A DNA stretch of 64,000 nt from Blastocystis sp. Blastoise (GCA_039096225.1 JBBPEB010000023.1:1-64000); one strand, 5' to 3'. Positions 12,867 to 28,314 are shown, counted from the first letter of the stretch. Numbers and translations are program-made. The notes: generated by a model not told the origin, from the letters alone.

Positions 12867-14745
12867 AAAAATTAGTTTTGATTGCTAGCCTTGAATTCGA
12901 AGATATAGTAATAATAGTAGTAGTAACTAATAATAGTGATGGGAATTCGGTAATGATTGAATTGGAGATAAACATATAGTATGACTTCGTTTAGTCTTAT
13001 AATAAGAATATATAGTAGAAGAAGTAGTAATAATAGTAGTTGCTGTTGTAATAGCAGTAATAGGATTATCAGTCGTTATAGTACTAGTAGTAATTGATTT
13101 AGATGAGAATGTAGGAGCAGGCATACTATTAGAGCTGGTTAAATGATTCATATCAGAACTATTATTATGATAAGAAGAAAGAGATTCTGAAGTCATAGAG
13201 AGAGAGGGTATATTGTGTAGATTAGATAAAGAATGGATAGTATATGATGTAGGAGGAAGACTATTACTAATAGTAGTATGTATAGGATTAAGAAGAGTAG
13301 AAATAGTAATAGTAGTAGCATTAGGAATATAAATATTATTATTAGTAGCAATTATAGAATTATTATTTATATTGTTATTAGTAGTAGTAATAACAGTATT
13401 ATTTGGAGAAGAAATATTATTAATAGTAGAAATAAATACCATATTATTATTGTATGCGATATAATTTTCATTAGTATTATTATTATTCATAATACTATTA
13501 ATATTATAAATCATATTATTAGCATCAGTTTTCATAATCTTATGTTCTTCTTTTATGTGAATTAAGGATTGATTCTTCTCATTATATGAGATATTATTAT
13601 CATTCTTTGCAGAATTATTAACAGTATAATTTTGATCTTCTGTTAATATAGATAATAGTATATATATTAAAAGAATGTTCTGTCAAATCTGATATATCAT
13701 TTGATTGAATATTAGGATTATTATCTTCATTATTATTATTATTATCTTCATTATTATTATTATTTGAATAATGTATATCTATAGAAGGATTAGATGAATA
13801 TAAATCAATATTATATAAAATATATTTAGAAGAAGGAAGAAGACCAACAGGAATAGTATAATGAGTAGTTTCACACTGATTATGTATATATATGTAGATA
13901 AACTATACGATATAGTAGAAGATAAATTATGAATAGAAGAAGAAAAAAAAGAAAGAATGACTAAGAAGACGTAATGATGAATGTTTTGTTTTAGAATATT
14001 CTGTTGTTTCTGTTAATGATATATTATTATCATATACTGTAGATATACTATTTGAATGAAATCGATTATTTTGAGGTATTTTATTCATACTATTCTTCTT
14101 TTTAAATAATTCTTTATCTTGAAGAATCATAGGACTTAATGTATTCTTATTTATATACTCATTTTATGAATCATTATAATGGTTTATAGCTATTTTATTA
14201 GTTAATATAAAGTTATTTGAATTATTATTATTTATTGAATTATTATTACTATTCATAGAAATATTACTACTTATAAGATTTGACTTATCTTCTTCATTTA
14301 CTGTAGTTAAATATGTTAGAAGAGGAAAACATGTCTTTTGAGATGTATGTATATATGTATCAGAATATATATTATTTTCTTGAATAGAAGAACATGATTG
14401 AGTATAATCATTTGATATAGGTATAGTTGAAGATGATAAAGTTTTTGTTGAATAATTAGAAGAATCTGTAAATGAATGAGATGAAGAAGAAGGAATAGTA
14501 GATGAAGATCTATGTATAGTTGTAATCGGAGAAATATTTGTATTATTAATAAAAGGAGAAGGAAAGATAGAAGGAGACATTGAACGAAGTGGAATAGGTG
14601 AATGAGATTTCCGAGTTGAAAGCACATAAGAACTTTTTCAATTCATAAATAATCGCCTAAATAATGTGTTATTCCAATGGGAAATAGAAGCTCGATTTGG
14701 TTTATCTTTTTATTGTGACGATCGCATAGAAGAAGGAAATACTAT

Positions 14746-14788
<43 letters not shown>

Positions 14789-16420
14789 ACAAAATAGTAA
14801 TATTTATTTTTTAAGAATTTCTACGAATTCAGTATGGATTTGTTTCATCACTTTATATGCTTTATATCATAAACTATTCTATAACCATAATATTATTATT
14901 TAAAATAGAATCTCATAAATTATTTTTAAATAGAAGAATATAAGTAACTACATTAATAGGAGAATTAATAATAATATTCAAGATGTATTAATTTTTTATG
15001 ACTATATAAAATATATATAAATAATATATAACTATAATAAGAATAAATATAGTAATTATAACTATAATAAGAATATATATATACCTATAGAATAGTTCTT
15101 CTTCCATTTATAATCGATATTTCAATATATATATAAGTTTAGTATATTTAATAATGTTTATATCTTTCTTTTAACACTTCTAAACCATATACAACAATTT
15201 ATTTCTTTTATTCTTAGATAATATTATATATTTTATATTAATCGATATATTTATATATTCACTAATAGATATTTTTTAACATAAAAATAGTTCCAATATT
15301 TTTTATTATTAAAATCAACAATTCAAATATAATATTCAATTAATATATTCAAAAAAATTAATTTCATTTTAAACAATAAAGACCAAATATAGGATATATT
15401 GAATATATATAGGATAACATTCAAATAGCTATTTAATGATTAATATTTGAATTGTTGTCTCTCTCTATATATATATTTCTTATCAGTTCTTCTTTTGGAA
15501 ATATATATATATATATATATATACATTATCAAGGTAGTAAATATATTAAATAGATCAAATGGATCTACAAATGAATAAGATTAATCATCCTCTATATAAT
15601 ATTTATGTACTATATATATTATTATTATTATATATAGTAGATACATATTATACATACAATATATATATATATAATATATTATACAATATATTTATATACA
15701 TCAAGTTATTTGAAACCCTTAAGAAAATAATTCTTGTAAATGGGAGATATGAATTGTTGTAAGTGTAAGAATAATGGCTTGAAGGTTAGAAGATGAAAGG
15801 TAGGGACTTTTAGAAGATAATAATGTATATAAATCTATATATATATATAATATTTGTTGTTCTATAACTTATAAAAAAAGTAATTTAAAAGTATAGAGAT
15901 AAAGATATAGATTCAAAATAGTAGTTGAAAAACTATATATATATACTTGATAAAAATAGAATAAAAAACATAAAGAATAATAAATAGATTATTAAGTGTC
16001 ATGAGTATCTATATAACAAAGAATAGAGAAATATACAAAATATTTTTCATTTATATATATATATAATTCATATGTATACAAAAATTATCATCTTTATAAA
16101 ATGGTATTAATGAGAATATCACATGATTCCATTCATTTAATTCCATAGTATAAATATATTCATAATGGAAAACATACTCACCAACTGTTCTCTATAATAA
16201 TAATATAATAATCTCTCTCTTCCCTGAAACACTTTTTTACAACAATTGTCATAAAAATGTGATAGCTTTGTCAATTTATAACTGTGTAAAATTGTTTTTT
16301 ATTCAACTGTATTAAGTCTGATTTAAATGTCTTTCTGTGATAGTCACAACAAGTATCACAAAATATTTGGAAGACACCTATATTATTTTTTTATATACCT
16401 CATCAAATTTATCTTTTTTA
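12600..16420 (-). other. Multi-exon, stop-containing, possibly BEACH-family-like N-terminal region (may be one gene with 8000-12001)
   Basis: GT/AG exons; ELNEWNHVIFSL (LamG-like), SDETNPY*IRR, long S/N/T-rich exon. ORFs 14164-14625 and 13927-14130 share a frame across a TAA. Two frame breaks near 14790 and 13660 are unresolved. Confidence 0.45.
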
Positions 16421-17296
16421 TTATTTATTCAAATTTTCTATATTATTCTATTATTCATCTATATTTATACTCTTCATCATAATAAAAACTATTCTCATAA
16501 TCATACTATTTTTATAATAGTTATAAATAATATTAAAATGTTCATTTGGCTACTTTTGTAAATTGTATACTATTCATGAATTCTATACTATTCTCAACTT
16601 ATTCTTGTTTATAAATTATTTTTTATTATATTTAAAAAAATCATTTAGTTTTATTATTAATATTTTATTACATTTGTTCATTTCTTTTAAATAATATTCA
16701 TTCTATACATTTATTTTAATCTTTTTTATATTTAAATTTTTATAATTCAATAGTATAATTTTTTTTTATTTATATATTATATAAATTAATATTAATACAT
16801 ATAGTATTCCTATTATTATAGTTTATAAAAAATATTAAATTTTTAATAAATAAAAGAATAAAAACATTTTTCATTTTATATTATAGATAACTCTATATTG
16901 TTTTAAACTTTCAATAAGTATTGTTTTTAATTATTTAAATAAACAAAATATATTGATGTTTATTATTATCATAGAATTCCTATCCTTCATATATTTTATT
17001 GTTTTTATTCTTATAATTTATATATTATCCTTTGTTATATATCTATTAAATAAACATGTTTATAAAAATTATTTTTAATAAAAAATATATATTTATCTTG
17101 AGAATATTATATAATAATTAATATTAATAAACTTTTAATAGTATGAATGCAGTTAGAAAACAATTAACAAAACTATTTTTTATATTTTAATTATTAAAAT
17201 AATATATATATAATGAAAAACTTTTCTCAATAAAGAAAAGAAAACAATATATATAAAGAGAGAAAATAAAAAAGAAATAGTAATTTATTATTCTTT

Positions 17297-18817
17297 TTAT
17301 GCTCTTCCCCAGACTTCATAATCTTCTACTGTAAAATAATTTTGAGAATTAGTATCATTTGTATTTACAAATAAAGATGATTCTTGAGGAGTATTCACTT
17401 CAGAATAAGAATGTGCATTACAATAAGAATTAGTATTATTATGGCATTGATTAGATATATAGATATCATCACCACATCCAAATATTGGACCATAAGAAGA
17501 ACCACAATATATAGCAGAACCACTAATTATATTATCATATTTAGTAGGAGGAATATTATGTTCATTACTTAAAGTAAATAAAAAATCTTTAGAATGAGAT
17601 TTATAACCACTTGAACTATCCCAACTTTGATCTGTATATCCTCCAAATATATTAATATGATTATTTTTACCTTTATGTTTGATAATAGTAACTGTTTTTC
17701 CTTTATGATCACAATATCTATGGAATTCACTTGCTAAGTAATCATGATCACTTGCTCTATATATAATGATATAATATAATAAAATATAAATATACCTAAA
17801 TAATAATTTCCATTTCTTTTCTTTACCAAGCCAATTCACTAAAGAGACTTCACTAGTAGGATCAACTATATATGAATGAAGAAATGAAACATTAATATTC
17901 CATCCATTCTTTACACTATTTCTTCCTTTATCACCAAATAAACTATACATTTCATTCTCTAATAATTCTTTATTTATAGTCTTTGTTTCTTCTTCAGATA
18001 TATAAATACAATTATATTGAATATATTCATATATATGACTAATATATGTATAATTCATCTTCATAAACATTTCGTTATTCTCTTCATCATAATCTACATA
18101 TCCATAACCATATTCATTAACAATCTTATTCATTAATCCATTCTTCTTTAAGTATTTTTTTAATCTATCATCTTCCTTATCATTTATATATAGAATAACA
18201 TCATCACTTTCTTTATATTGTATCATATTACGATCCATTCTATATATAGTCTTCACTAATTCTTCAGGAATAGGTAAATTACAATATTCAAGCATTTTTA
18301 ATAAATCAATTTGATCACCAAAACTTAACTTATCAACATTAATTGGCTCATTCATTAAAGAAACAATTAATAAAGGAAAAAGTGTTTCATCACCACGATA
18401 ATCTAAAAATATAGTACCATCAACACTTCTTTTATCTTCTTGAGAATACTCATATAAATATGTTCCTACTAAACTATTTGTTATTCTTTTAGGAAGAGAA
18501 TAAACTGGACCATTACTTGTGAATCGAATATAATCAATTCCATTATCATTATTATTCATAGTAGAATCATTTTCATTCAGAAAAGAAGATTCTTGGATAA
18601 TTATACTTGGATCATCACCATTCTTATCCTTCATTCCTTCACAATTTCTAGTTAATCGATTCACTAATTCATTCACTGACTCACCTGAATGAATACAGAA
18701 ACTTATTGACTTACTTAAAATACCAATCAAATCACCAATCAGTCTTTCAAAATGAATTACATCCTTCTGAATATCACCAATCTTATTCGCATCAAATTCT
18801 ACCTTCTCTTTCACCAT
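17297..18817 (-). CDS. TLDc-domain protein (expanded family), one 39-nt intron at 17757-17795
   Basis: C-terminal WKLLFR|ASDH..FHRYCD.KG.TVTIIK..NIFGGYT..W..FLFTLSN..GPIFG..DIYIS..VEDYEVW. Likely start ATG at 18817. Confidence 0.9.
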   Translation of the reverse strand: MVKEKVEFDANKIGDIQKDVIHFERLIGDLIGILSKSISFCIHSGESVNELVNRLTRNCEGMKDKNGDDPSIIIQESSFLNENDSTMNNNDNGIDYIRFTSNGPVYSLPKRITNSLVGTYLYEYSQEDKRSVDGTIFLDYRGDETLFPLLIVSLMNEPINVDKLSFGDQIDLLKMLEYCNLPIPEELVKTIYRMDRNMIQYKESDDVILYINDKEDDRLKKYLKKNGLMNKIVNEYGYGYVDYDEENNEMFMKMNYTYISHIYEYIQYNCIYISEEETKTINKELLENEMYSLFGDKGRNSVKNGWNINVSFLHSYIVDPTSEVSLVNWLGKEKKWKLLFRYIYILLYYIIIYRASDHDYLASEFHRYCDHKGKTVTIIKHKGKNNHINIFGGYTDQSWDSSSGYKSHSKDFLFTLSNEHNIPPTKYDNIISGSAIYCGSSYGPIFGCGDDIYISNQCHNNTNSYCNAHSYSEVNTPQESSLFVNTNDTNSQNYFTVEDYEVWGRA

Positions 18818-21403
18818 TCTTAACAATAAAAGAAATAAAAGAAAAATGAAAACTTTAAAAAACTCTTTTTCTATCAAGCAAAGGAAAGAATTGCTCAAAA
18901 GTTATAGTTTTTTCTACGTTAAAGAATGACGAACTCATTTTTCTTATGTTTATTTGTTATTTTACACTTCTCTTTTTTAATCAATTTTTGTGTCAGTATT
19001 TTACATATTCATATACAATTCATTTTTATATATTTTATTTTAGTTAGTATTTCATAAATATTGTTTATTTTATATTATTTATATTTCTTTTATTCAATCA
19101 AATCAATATGGATTCATTGATTCAGTTATAAACATACATAAAACACTTTTTATTGATTATTTGGTTATGTAGAATAGTTTAGTTTTCAATTCTGACTTTC
19201 ATTTTGAATTTATGAAGATATGATCTACTCATAATTAATTAAATAAGAAAATATATTCAATAACGAAGAGAAATGGTGATTTACTATGGATTATAAGGAT
19301 ATTTCATATTGTAAGCACTTTTTTCTAAGTATTTATCATCATTATTCACGAATAGGAAGCAATTAATTTAATTTTGAGGATCGAAAAAAATCGATATTAA
19401 ACACACTCATTCATAATCAATCATTGTTGTTAATTCATTTGACTCATGAAGTCCACTATTCATCATTTTCATTTGATATTTTGATAGTTTCTGACAATTC
19501 TAATCATTAAAGAAGATAATTCACAGTAATAAAGCTAAAAGATAATATTAACCATCTTCATAAACATTTTAATACACTGTAAATTCAATTAAAAGCACTT
19601 ATTCTTCATTTAAACTTTGATTATCGAAAATAAATTACAACATAAATCTAATTCTATAACATAAATAATCTAGCGTATGTTTATAATACTAACACGCATA
19701 TTCCCATATGTTTATACTTTAAAATAAGATCAAAATAACTCAAAATGATAAGCAATTTGAAATATTTTTATTATTTTCATTTTTTACCTTAATATTTGAT
19801 AATAATCGCAAATATTTTGATAAATCTCTTTTTCATCAATTCACGACTATTCTCATTTTATCACTTTCATTTGATAATTAATCGTGATTTCTAAAGATAA
19901 TTTATTTTTATTAAATTACTTTATTACACATTTATTATTCGTTATTAGTGATAATTATTCTATTAAAATGCTTTAAATAATGATGATTTATAAGGACTTG
20001 TTAAAATAACTTAAAATAACAACAAAATGATGATTCTTTGTTCAATTAGCTATAATAAGAAGTCCATTGTTGTTTAATTATTAAAAAGAATGTCCTGAAT
20101 ATTATAAACCAATATAAATTACCTCTAAATATCTTCTTTTATTTACATTTTAGTTTCAAATTTTCTTTATATGATTTATTTGAGCATCAATTCATATTCA
20201 ATATTATTCAAATCTTTATAATTCACATGAATTACTGATCTAAATAATGATTATGGAATTTCTTTAGATAATCATTCCAATTATATCCTAAATTTGATTT
20301 TATTATATATCTATTATATTCACAATATCATTTTCTATTCATTCAATATTATTTTGTTTTCTTCAATTTCAATATCCTTCTAGTTATTTCAAAAATCATT
20401 ATTTTCTTACTATTACATCTTCTTAGAATTCTTCACATAAAATATTTTATGTTCCTTATAATCACTAAGAAGATTAGTCAACTATCTCAATCCAAATAGC
20501 TATTACAATTATTTTTTTACTATTTTCAGCAACACATTATTCTCAATGGTATTTAACTTTATTTATCATCATCATCAATACATTCAACATAATTAATTCA
20601 TAACTTATACTATTTCATTTTCTTATTCAATAAATATCAATTATATAATAAATAATAATATTGTTTACTATTTAAATAAATACAATTCAGATACTCACAG
20701 TTCAAATATATATTTATCTCCATTATTATTAAAAAACTACTTATACATAAATACTAGTCCTACTTACTCGATAGTTAAATATATATTAATTCTATAATGA
20801 CTAAATAATCTACTATTAACATATTATATCATATTTCATCGATTATATACTAAAAACTATTTTCTATTCTTAATACTATACATAAAATACAATTCAATAA
20901 TCTATATAATAAATAAAATGTCTTAGTTCTTTACCATTTACTTTAAAACTACTTTTATAAACCCTATACAAACTTTTAATAATTACATAATAGAAAACAT
21001 ATTAAATATTTCTTTTATAACAATTATTGCTTATTCTTTCAAATTATTGGAAAAAAGTCTCAAAAATCATTTTTAATTCTTGATATAAAAAAACATAAAG
21101 CATTCATATTTACCAATACTTTATGATATTATTATAATAATAATGAATCATTAGAAATATTCATTATTTTCAATGAATACTTAATAAACAAATATAATCA
21201 TAAATTCATAATAAATAATAATAGCACATATATTTATATACACTAAATGCAAAAACAATAGCTAACATAAATATTGATTACTATCATTCCATTTTTTTCA
21301 AATTAAACAATAATTTATATATAATCAATAGAAACTTAAATAAATATAAACCAAATAAATATATAATACATATAGTAACACAATATATATATATAGAAAT
21401 AAC

Positions 21404-24400
21404 TTAATTTATTGTTCTGAATTCATACTTTATTTGATTTTTTTGAATAAATAATGAATCATTTAATTGTTTTTTATAAATATTAATTTGTTTATAAATA
21501 TAATAATCTATATAATTAAGCATGATATCATTTATAATATATATACCTATATAAATCATGATTTTTTTCAATTTAGGAATTTTTCCAGTAGTTATAAAAT
21601 TAATAAGTTTTTCTAATTGGTTCTCATAATAAATATCTAAAAAAAAGATTATATTTAAAAATATTTCTATATACATATATATACATATTATTAAATTTCT
21701 TAAATATTTAGTTTTGTTTTCATTTATACAATCACATAATGCTTCTATTTCATATTTATTCATCGTTTCATCTTTATAAATAAATATATATGTATTAGTT
21801 ATATATATACCTTCTGTACATATAATTGTATCCATAAGTGAATGAGTATCCTGTTTACATCGAAGAATAGAAGTATTAGGATCATAAATATACTCATAAG
21901 AAGAACCACCTATAGAATTAATGATATTAATAAATATATATTGATCATTTATATTGACATACCTCTCAATTGAATACTAGTTGATAAAGGAAAATTACTA
22001 TGATTAATATATGTGCATAAGTTTCGAATAAAAACATTATGCCAATCTTTAGTATAATATTTTTCTATAAATATACATAATATTTAACAAAAATATTATA
22101 TAATACAAAAATCAAACACAAGGATTCATAATAAATATATATACTAAATTTGATAGATTTTAATTTAGGAAAATTATTTGTAGTATATAGTTTATAAAAG
22201 TGTTCATCTGTTATATCATCATTTGCTAGAATAATATTTATGAAAGAAAATGAAATAGATATATAATATACTATTATTAAAATATATACATACATAAATA
22301 TAATTCAGTTGAATTACGGAAATAACCTTTGCGTATTAATCGATTTATAACAGTCATAGAGCAATCTAATAAAAATATAAAAATTAATTACTTAATTATT
22401 AGAATCCATAAAAATATAGTTATATATATATCAATAATAAATACCATCTATTGTTACAATAGAAGCTTTTGGAATTATGTTTGCCATTATGTTTTCGAAT
22501 ACTGTTAAATATTCAGAAGATGAGTCTTTCTGGATACAACTTACTATATATATTCATACATTTAATAATACAATATACAATTAATCGTTAGTTCACCAAT
22601 AAAGTTAATTCTACTAGCATTAAAAAAACTTGATATCCATGTTAAATATTCTAAACTTATATTTTCTTCAACTATAATCATTATACAAAATATAATAATA
22701 ATATATAGATAATAAAGAGTATACATGAAATATTTAATTCATTCAAATGTTGTAATACACTACTCTTTAAAAATATTTCTAAAGAATTTCTCCCATTATC
22801 TTCCATATTATCTATAAGTATTAATATTATATATTAAATATTTATAAAGATAAATACTTTTGAATATAATATCTAAACAATTAATAATATGCTTATAATT
22901 TTCAAAACAATCTAGCTTTTTTATCTTTTTAGAATTAGAAGCATCAACTTTAGAGTATATGAATATATATATATAATATATATCAAATAAAAGATATATT
23001 AAATATAAATAAAAAATATATTTGATACTATAAATCTTATATATAGAAATTAGATCTTTCTCTAATAATTCCTTTAAGTGTGGCAAATTATAAAACAAAA
23101 TGTCTATATAAAAAAAACAAAGAAATATTATTATATAGAGAGTGTGATTATTCACCACATATATACCATCCATGTATGTAGAAACTCCATCAATATGAAT
23201 TAAATGAGTATAAAGTATGTTATCTAAAAGATTAGTTATTTCTTCTTTATGATTGTCTTCAATTTTTAATATTGTAATAGTATCAATTATAGACATTAAA
23301 TCCATAGGAAACAGGTAATCAAAATTACTAGTAGCTAGGATAAAAAAATAGAATATTTATTAATATAAAAACTTACTTATTTCAGTATCGTAATTTATAA
23401 TATGTAATTTGGGGAAACATTTTTTCTTTATTGAAGATAATGAGAAAGATTCTATATATATAATATAGACTTTATATAATAAATTTCTATACCATCATCA
23501 TAGATGAGTTCAGTAACATTTGAAAACACATGAGTTGTCATTATTTTGTTAAATAAATTCACATCAATTATATCAGCTAACTCTTTAACTATATTAAAGA
23601 ATAATATATAATAATATTATTGGCAATAATAATTAGAAATAAATACTCCACTGAAAACTTATTTTCTTTAAAGAATCAAAGACACCTTCTAAAAATTTTA
23701 TAATAATCATAGGCTCGTATTTTGAATTGGAAACAACTAGTTTTTCCTATTAATCTTATAATGTATATATTTACATGCATTAAACTCAATTTCTGAACAA
23801 GAAAAATATGAATAAAGTTGTAATAATTTAGATATGCCCCATTCTGAAGATATTGTAGCAATACTATTTGATATATTTATATAAGAACATATTAATGATA
23901 TCATAAATTATATATATGAATATACCACATTTTTTTTTTGTTTTTATGATCTATATATAAGGATTATTAACAAAAGGTTTTATTCTATATATATAAATAT
24001 GTACGATCAAATATAATTCTAACAATATCTTGAAATATATTATTACTAATTATTTCACTATTTTCAACTTCTGAATAATCATTTGTATATATAGCTTCAA
24101 TAATTGCATTTTTAAATAATTTAGGTAGTATATTCTTTTCTTTTCTTTTATTATAAGAATCAATCAAATCATGTGAATAATAAATAGTATTGGCATTTAA
24201 AGAAGAGATTTTATTATATTCATTCATTTCCGATTTGGTGTAATACTCATATTCTTCAGGATTCTTTGTTTCATAGGCATTACTATAGAATAGGCGAACA
24301 TATTCCATTATATATTCATCACTGTTTGGATTTAATAATTGATCACCTTTCTTATAATCTGAAGTCACTATATATATAATATAAAACGTATATATATAAT

Positions 24401-25320
24401 ATAAAACGTATATATATAATATAAAACGTATATATATAATATATAACGTATATACATAATATAAATCGTATATATATATAATATTAATCGTATATATATA
24501 ATATAAAACGTATATATATAATATAAACGTATATATATAATATAAAACATATATTTATATACCAAGAACATATAACTCTTCTAATGAAGGAAATATATCT
24601 TGAATATTTGATGGACATATATATTCTAATGGAATATTCGATGAATATGGATCTATATTATTATTAATAGTTTAGCAATATATATATATATATATTTACA
24701 TTCAATTTCCATTTTAGTAACATTCATCATTTTAATAAGTAATGAATAATAAAATAATTCATTTTTTCTTTTTGGTGTAAATAAGCCTATATATATAAAT
24801 TGTAAATTATAATACAAACTTACCTTTTATACCTATTCTTTTCCATTTTGAATTAAATAATTCAATAGAAATGTCATCCAACAAGTTATTGTGTTCATAA
24901 CCTATAAATATCTCATAATCATTTTCTTTCAAATAATCAATAAATAATTCTTTAATATGTAATAATAAACATTTTTGAGTTTTTTTATCAAGTGTAACAG
25001 AATACTCAATAAGCGTTCTATATATATCATAAGTTTCTCGTAGATTTAAAGAAGAAATATTTTTATTTTTATCATTAAACAAAGAAATAACTTTATTCAT
25101 ACTCAATGAAGGTATATCTATATAATAGCTACCATCCTCATATTTATTAGAGTGTTTAATGATATCATAAAAGGGGAATTCATGATATTTCTCCAGAAAT
25201 TCTCTTGAAATCCATAATTGCGTTTCATCTTGAAATGTAAATAAATCTAAAAGCATATAAATTGTTTTAATTATATTCAGTTACATTATTTTCTGTTAAT
25301 AAAGACTTATTCTCTGACAT
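21404..25320 (-). CDS. Lineage-specific protein with BTB-like N-terminus (FTFQDETQLWIS..YYID) and degenerate 'FPKL' repeats, ~23 exons
   Basis: 21 of 22 introns splice GT-AG into a stop-free frame ending at TAA 21404. First intron is out of phase; alternative start ATG at 25256. Confidence 0.8.
24369..24550. repeat. Intronic 20-bp minisatellite (ATATAAAACGTATATATATA)n, about 9 copies
   Basis: Seen directly. Confidence 0.9.
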
Positions 25321-26391
25321 CACTCAAATTAAACTATAACGATAACATAATCATCAAATATTATGCTTAAGAAATACATTTTTATAGAATATATCAAATA
25401 AATACTTAAAAAAACGATATATTATTGTATAAAAACAATGAATCAATGTAAAAAAGAAAAATAAAACCTGGAAATCTTTTTAGAAACATTTTCTTGAAAA
25501 TAAATAAAATTTGACGTTTATTAATACAAATATTCATGTTTTTTTTCAGTCATTTTCAGATACTTTTCTTTGAATTCATCAACAAATGAATTATTCACTT
25601 TTTAAATCTATTATAAAGTATACTCTCGAATAGTAATTCAATATATATTCATATTAAAGTTCTGAATATATTTTTATTCAAGAATGCCAAAAGCACCACT
25701 AATTTCTTCCATCATACTATTAGAATGGACTCTATACTTTTCTTTGCTATAGCAGATATATGTAAAAACATTTATAGTATATAATTGAACCTTTTTTTCC
25801 AAGAGATACACTTCTTAAGCATACAATTTTCATGAATTCTAATATATATATCCTTTAATATTATTATTTATTATATTATATATATTCCATAAATACTTAT
25901 AAATATATATCTATTTTACTGCATATAATGAATTCAATTTTTTTGATATAAACAGTTTTTATATAGAATAATATATATTATTTAATATATAATGAGTTTT
26001 ATTATTTTTTTATTATTAAAGAAAACATAAAACTATCTATTACGTGATATATTATATCTAATTTATTCAAATAATATTTCTATAATAAAAAATATCAATT
26101 ATAATATGTATTAGACTGTTTTCAATGAATTAACGAATTGTAAAATCATTCATATATTAATGTTTTGCTTATAAAAATTATTTTCAATAATTTATCATTA
26201 GAATTCATTATTAAATGTAAATATTAATATAATCTATAACTCATTATCATTAATATATATATAAGAATTTATCACAAAACAATATAACTAATTAATTATA
26301 TTGAAAAAAAGCAGCAAACATATATAAATAAACAAATAAAATACAATTCATGATATATATATAATATATATATAAAAAAACAATATATAAT

Positions 26392-28314
26392 TTATATTCT
26401 TCCCCAGACTTCATAATCTTCAACAATAAATTCATTTTTCTTTGTAGAGTCACTTGTATTCACAAATAAAGAGCTATTTGGAGTAGTATTAACTTGATCA
26501 AAAGATTCTGCATAACAGAAAGAAGTATTATTATTATGACATTTATCTGATATACATAAGTCTCTACCTCCTCCAAATACAGGACCAAAGGAGGCATCAC
26601 AATATATACCACAATCTTTATCACTATTTGTATAATCATATTTAGTAGGAGGAATATTATGTTCATTACTTAATGTAAATAGAAACTCTTTAGAATAAGA
26701 TTTCCAACCATTAAAAACTAAAAATATATGTAATATATTTATAATAAAAATATATTTATAATAAAAATATATTTATAATTTTATATATATTATAATTAAA
26801 TATATAATTAAAATTAAATATATATAATAATTAAATATATATAATTAAAATTAAATATATATAATTAAAATTAAATATATATAATAATAATTAAATATAT
26901 GATAATAATAAAATATATATATATATATATACACCAGTCATCATTGCATTTCCAGTTTTGATCTGTATATCCTCCAAAAATATTAACATGATTATTATGA
27001 CCTATATGTTTAATAAGAACAATTGTTTCTCCTTTATTATCGCAATATTTATGGAAATCTCTTGATAAATAATTATGTTCACTTGCTCTATATATAATAA
27101 TATATATATAGAATAATTCAAAATCAACTATTATGAAAAAATACTAATAATATATATTTAAATAAAAAATCACAATAAATAATAATAAACAATATATAAA
27201 AATTAATAATTCACAATAAATAATAATAAACAACATATATATACCTAAATAATAGTTTCCATTTCTTATCTTTATTATTTTTTCTATTAAATATATTCTT
27301 TAATGAATTTTGTTTGATCATATCAATCCAATTCACAAGAGGTGCTTCCATTTCTTTGTTGATAATTATTTGAGAACCTGAGAAATACTTCAACGGTATA
27401 ATTCCTTCTTTAACTGCTTGTTTTCCTATTTCTCCAAATATACTATACATTTCATATTCAAATGTTGTTTTATTTATATTGATAATCTTATCTTGTTCTA
27501 CATTTATATAACCATATTTCATATAGAAATATATATAATCTATATATTGATAATTCTTATCAACAAATAAACTATTATCAATGGGATTATAATATACATA
27601 TCCACTATAACAATTCTTTATATAATTTTCCCATAAATGTTCTTTCTTTAAATAATTAGTAATTATCGTATCTTCTTTTCCATTAAGAATCAAAGTAACT
27701 GGATCACCGGACTCAAACAGTTTCTTCTTATTGTCTTTTCTTTCTCTACAATCTAATAGTTCTATAGGAATAGGAATTCCACAAAATTCAAATAATTCTA
27801 ATAAATCTAATTGTTCTTCATATTGAAATTGATAAAAATCAACCTTTTCACCATTTAAATAATCTAATAAATAATATGCACAAGCATCATTTCCTTCATA
27901 ACCAAGAAATATAGTTCCGTCATTTGTTCTACATTCTTGAACACAAGATTCATCAACATAGGAACCTTTTATTTGATCTAATGCTTTCTTAGATATCTTA
28001 AAAACAGGACCATTATTTGTAAAACGTATTAGATCAACATCCTTTTTATTCTTAGCATTCCATAATGTAGATTCTGCATTGGAATCATCTTTTGGAGAAG
28101 AATCCATTGGTGAATAAAAAGGCTTTTTGTTTGTAGTATTATCTTCATTTGGATTGTTCATATAATTTCGAACAATTCTTTCAAAGTGATTTCCTAGAGT
28201 TAACACAGACGTGAACACATTCATCACATTTTTCACCAATTCTTCGTAAACCAGTATATCTTCTTTCAATCCTTCAGACAGATTGGCATCAGAGGTAGGG
28301 TTTTGTATAACCAT
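26392..28314 (-). CDS. TLDc-domain protein, paralog of 17297-18817; 3 exons
   Basis: Shares IRFTxNGPV, DGTIFL, WKLLFR|ASEH, NIFGGYT, FLFTLSNEHNIPPTKY, EDYEVWGR; same intron position at FR|AS. Confidence 0.9.

Noticed and set aside
22950-23030. Possible additional AC-ending intron (ATATAC|TCT)
   Set aside because: A GT-AG pair (A|GTATC...AAAG|TT) restores the frame and no ATATCC donor is present.
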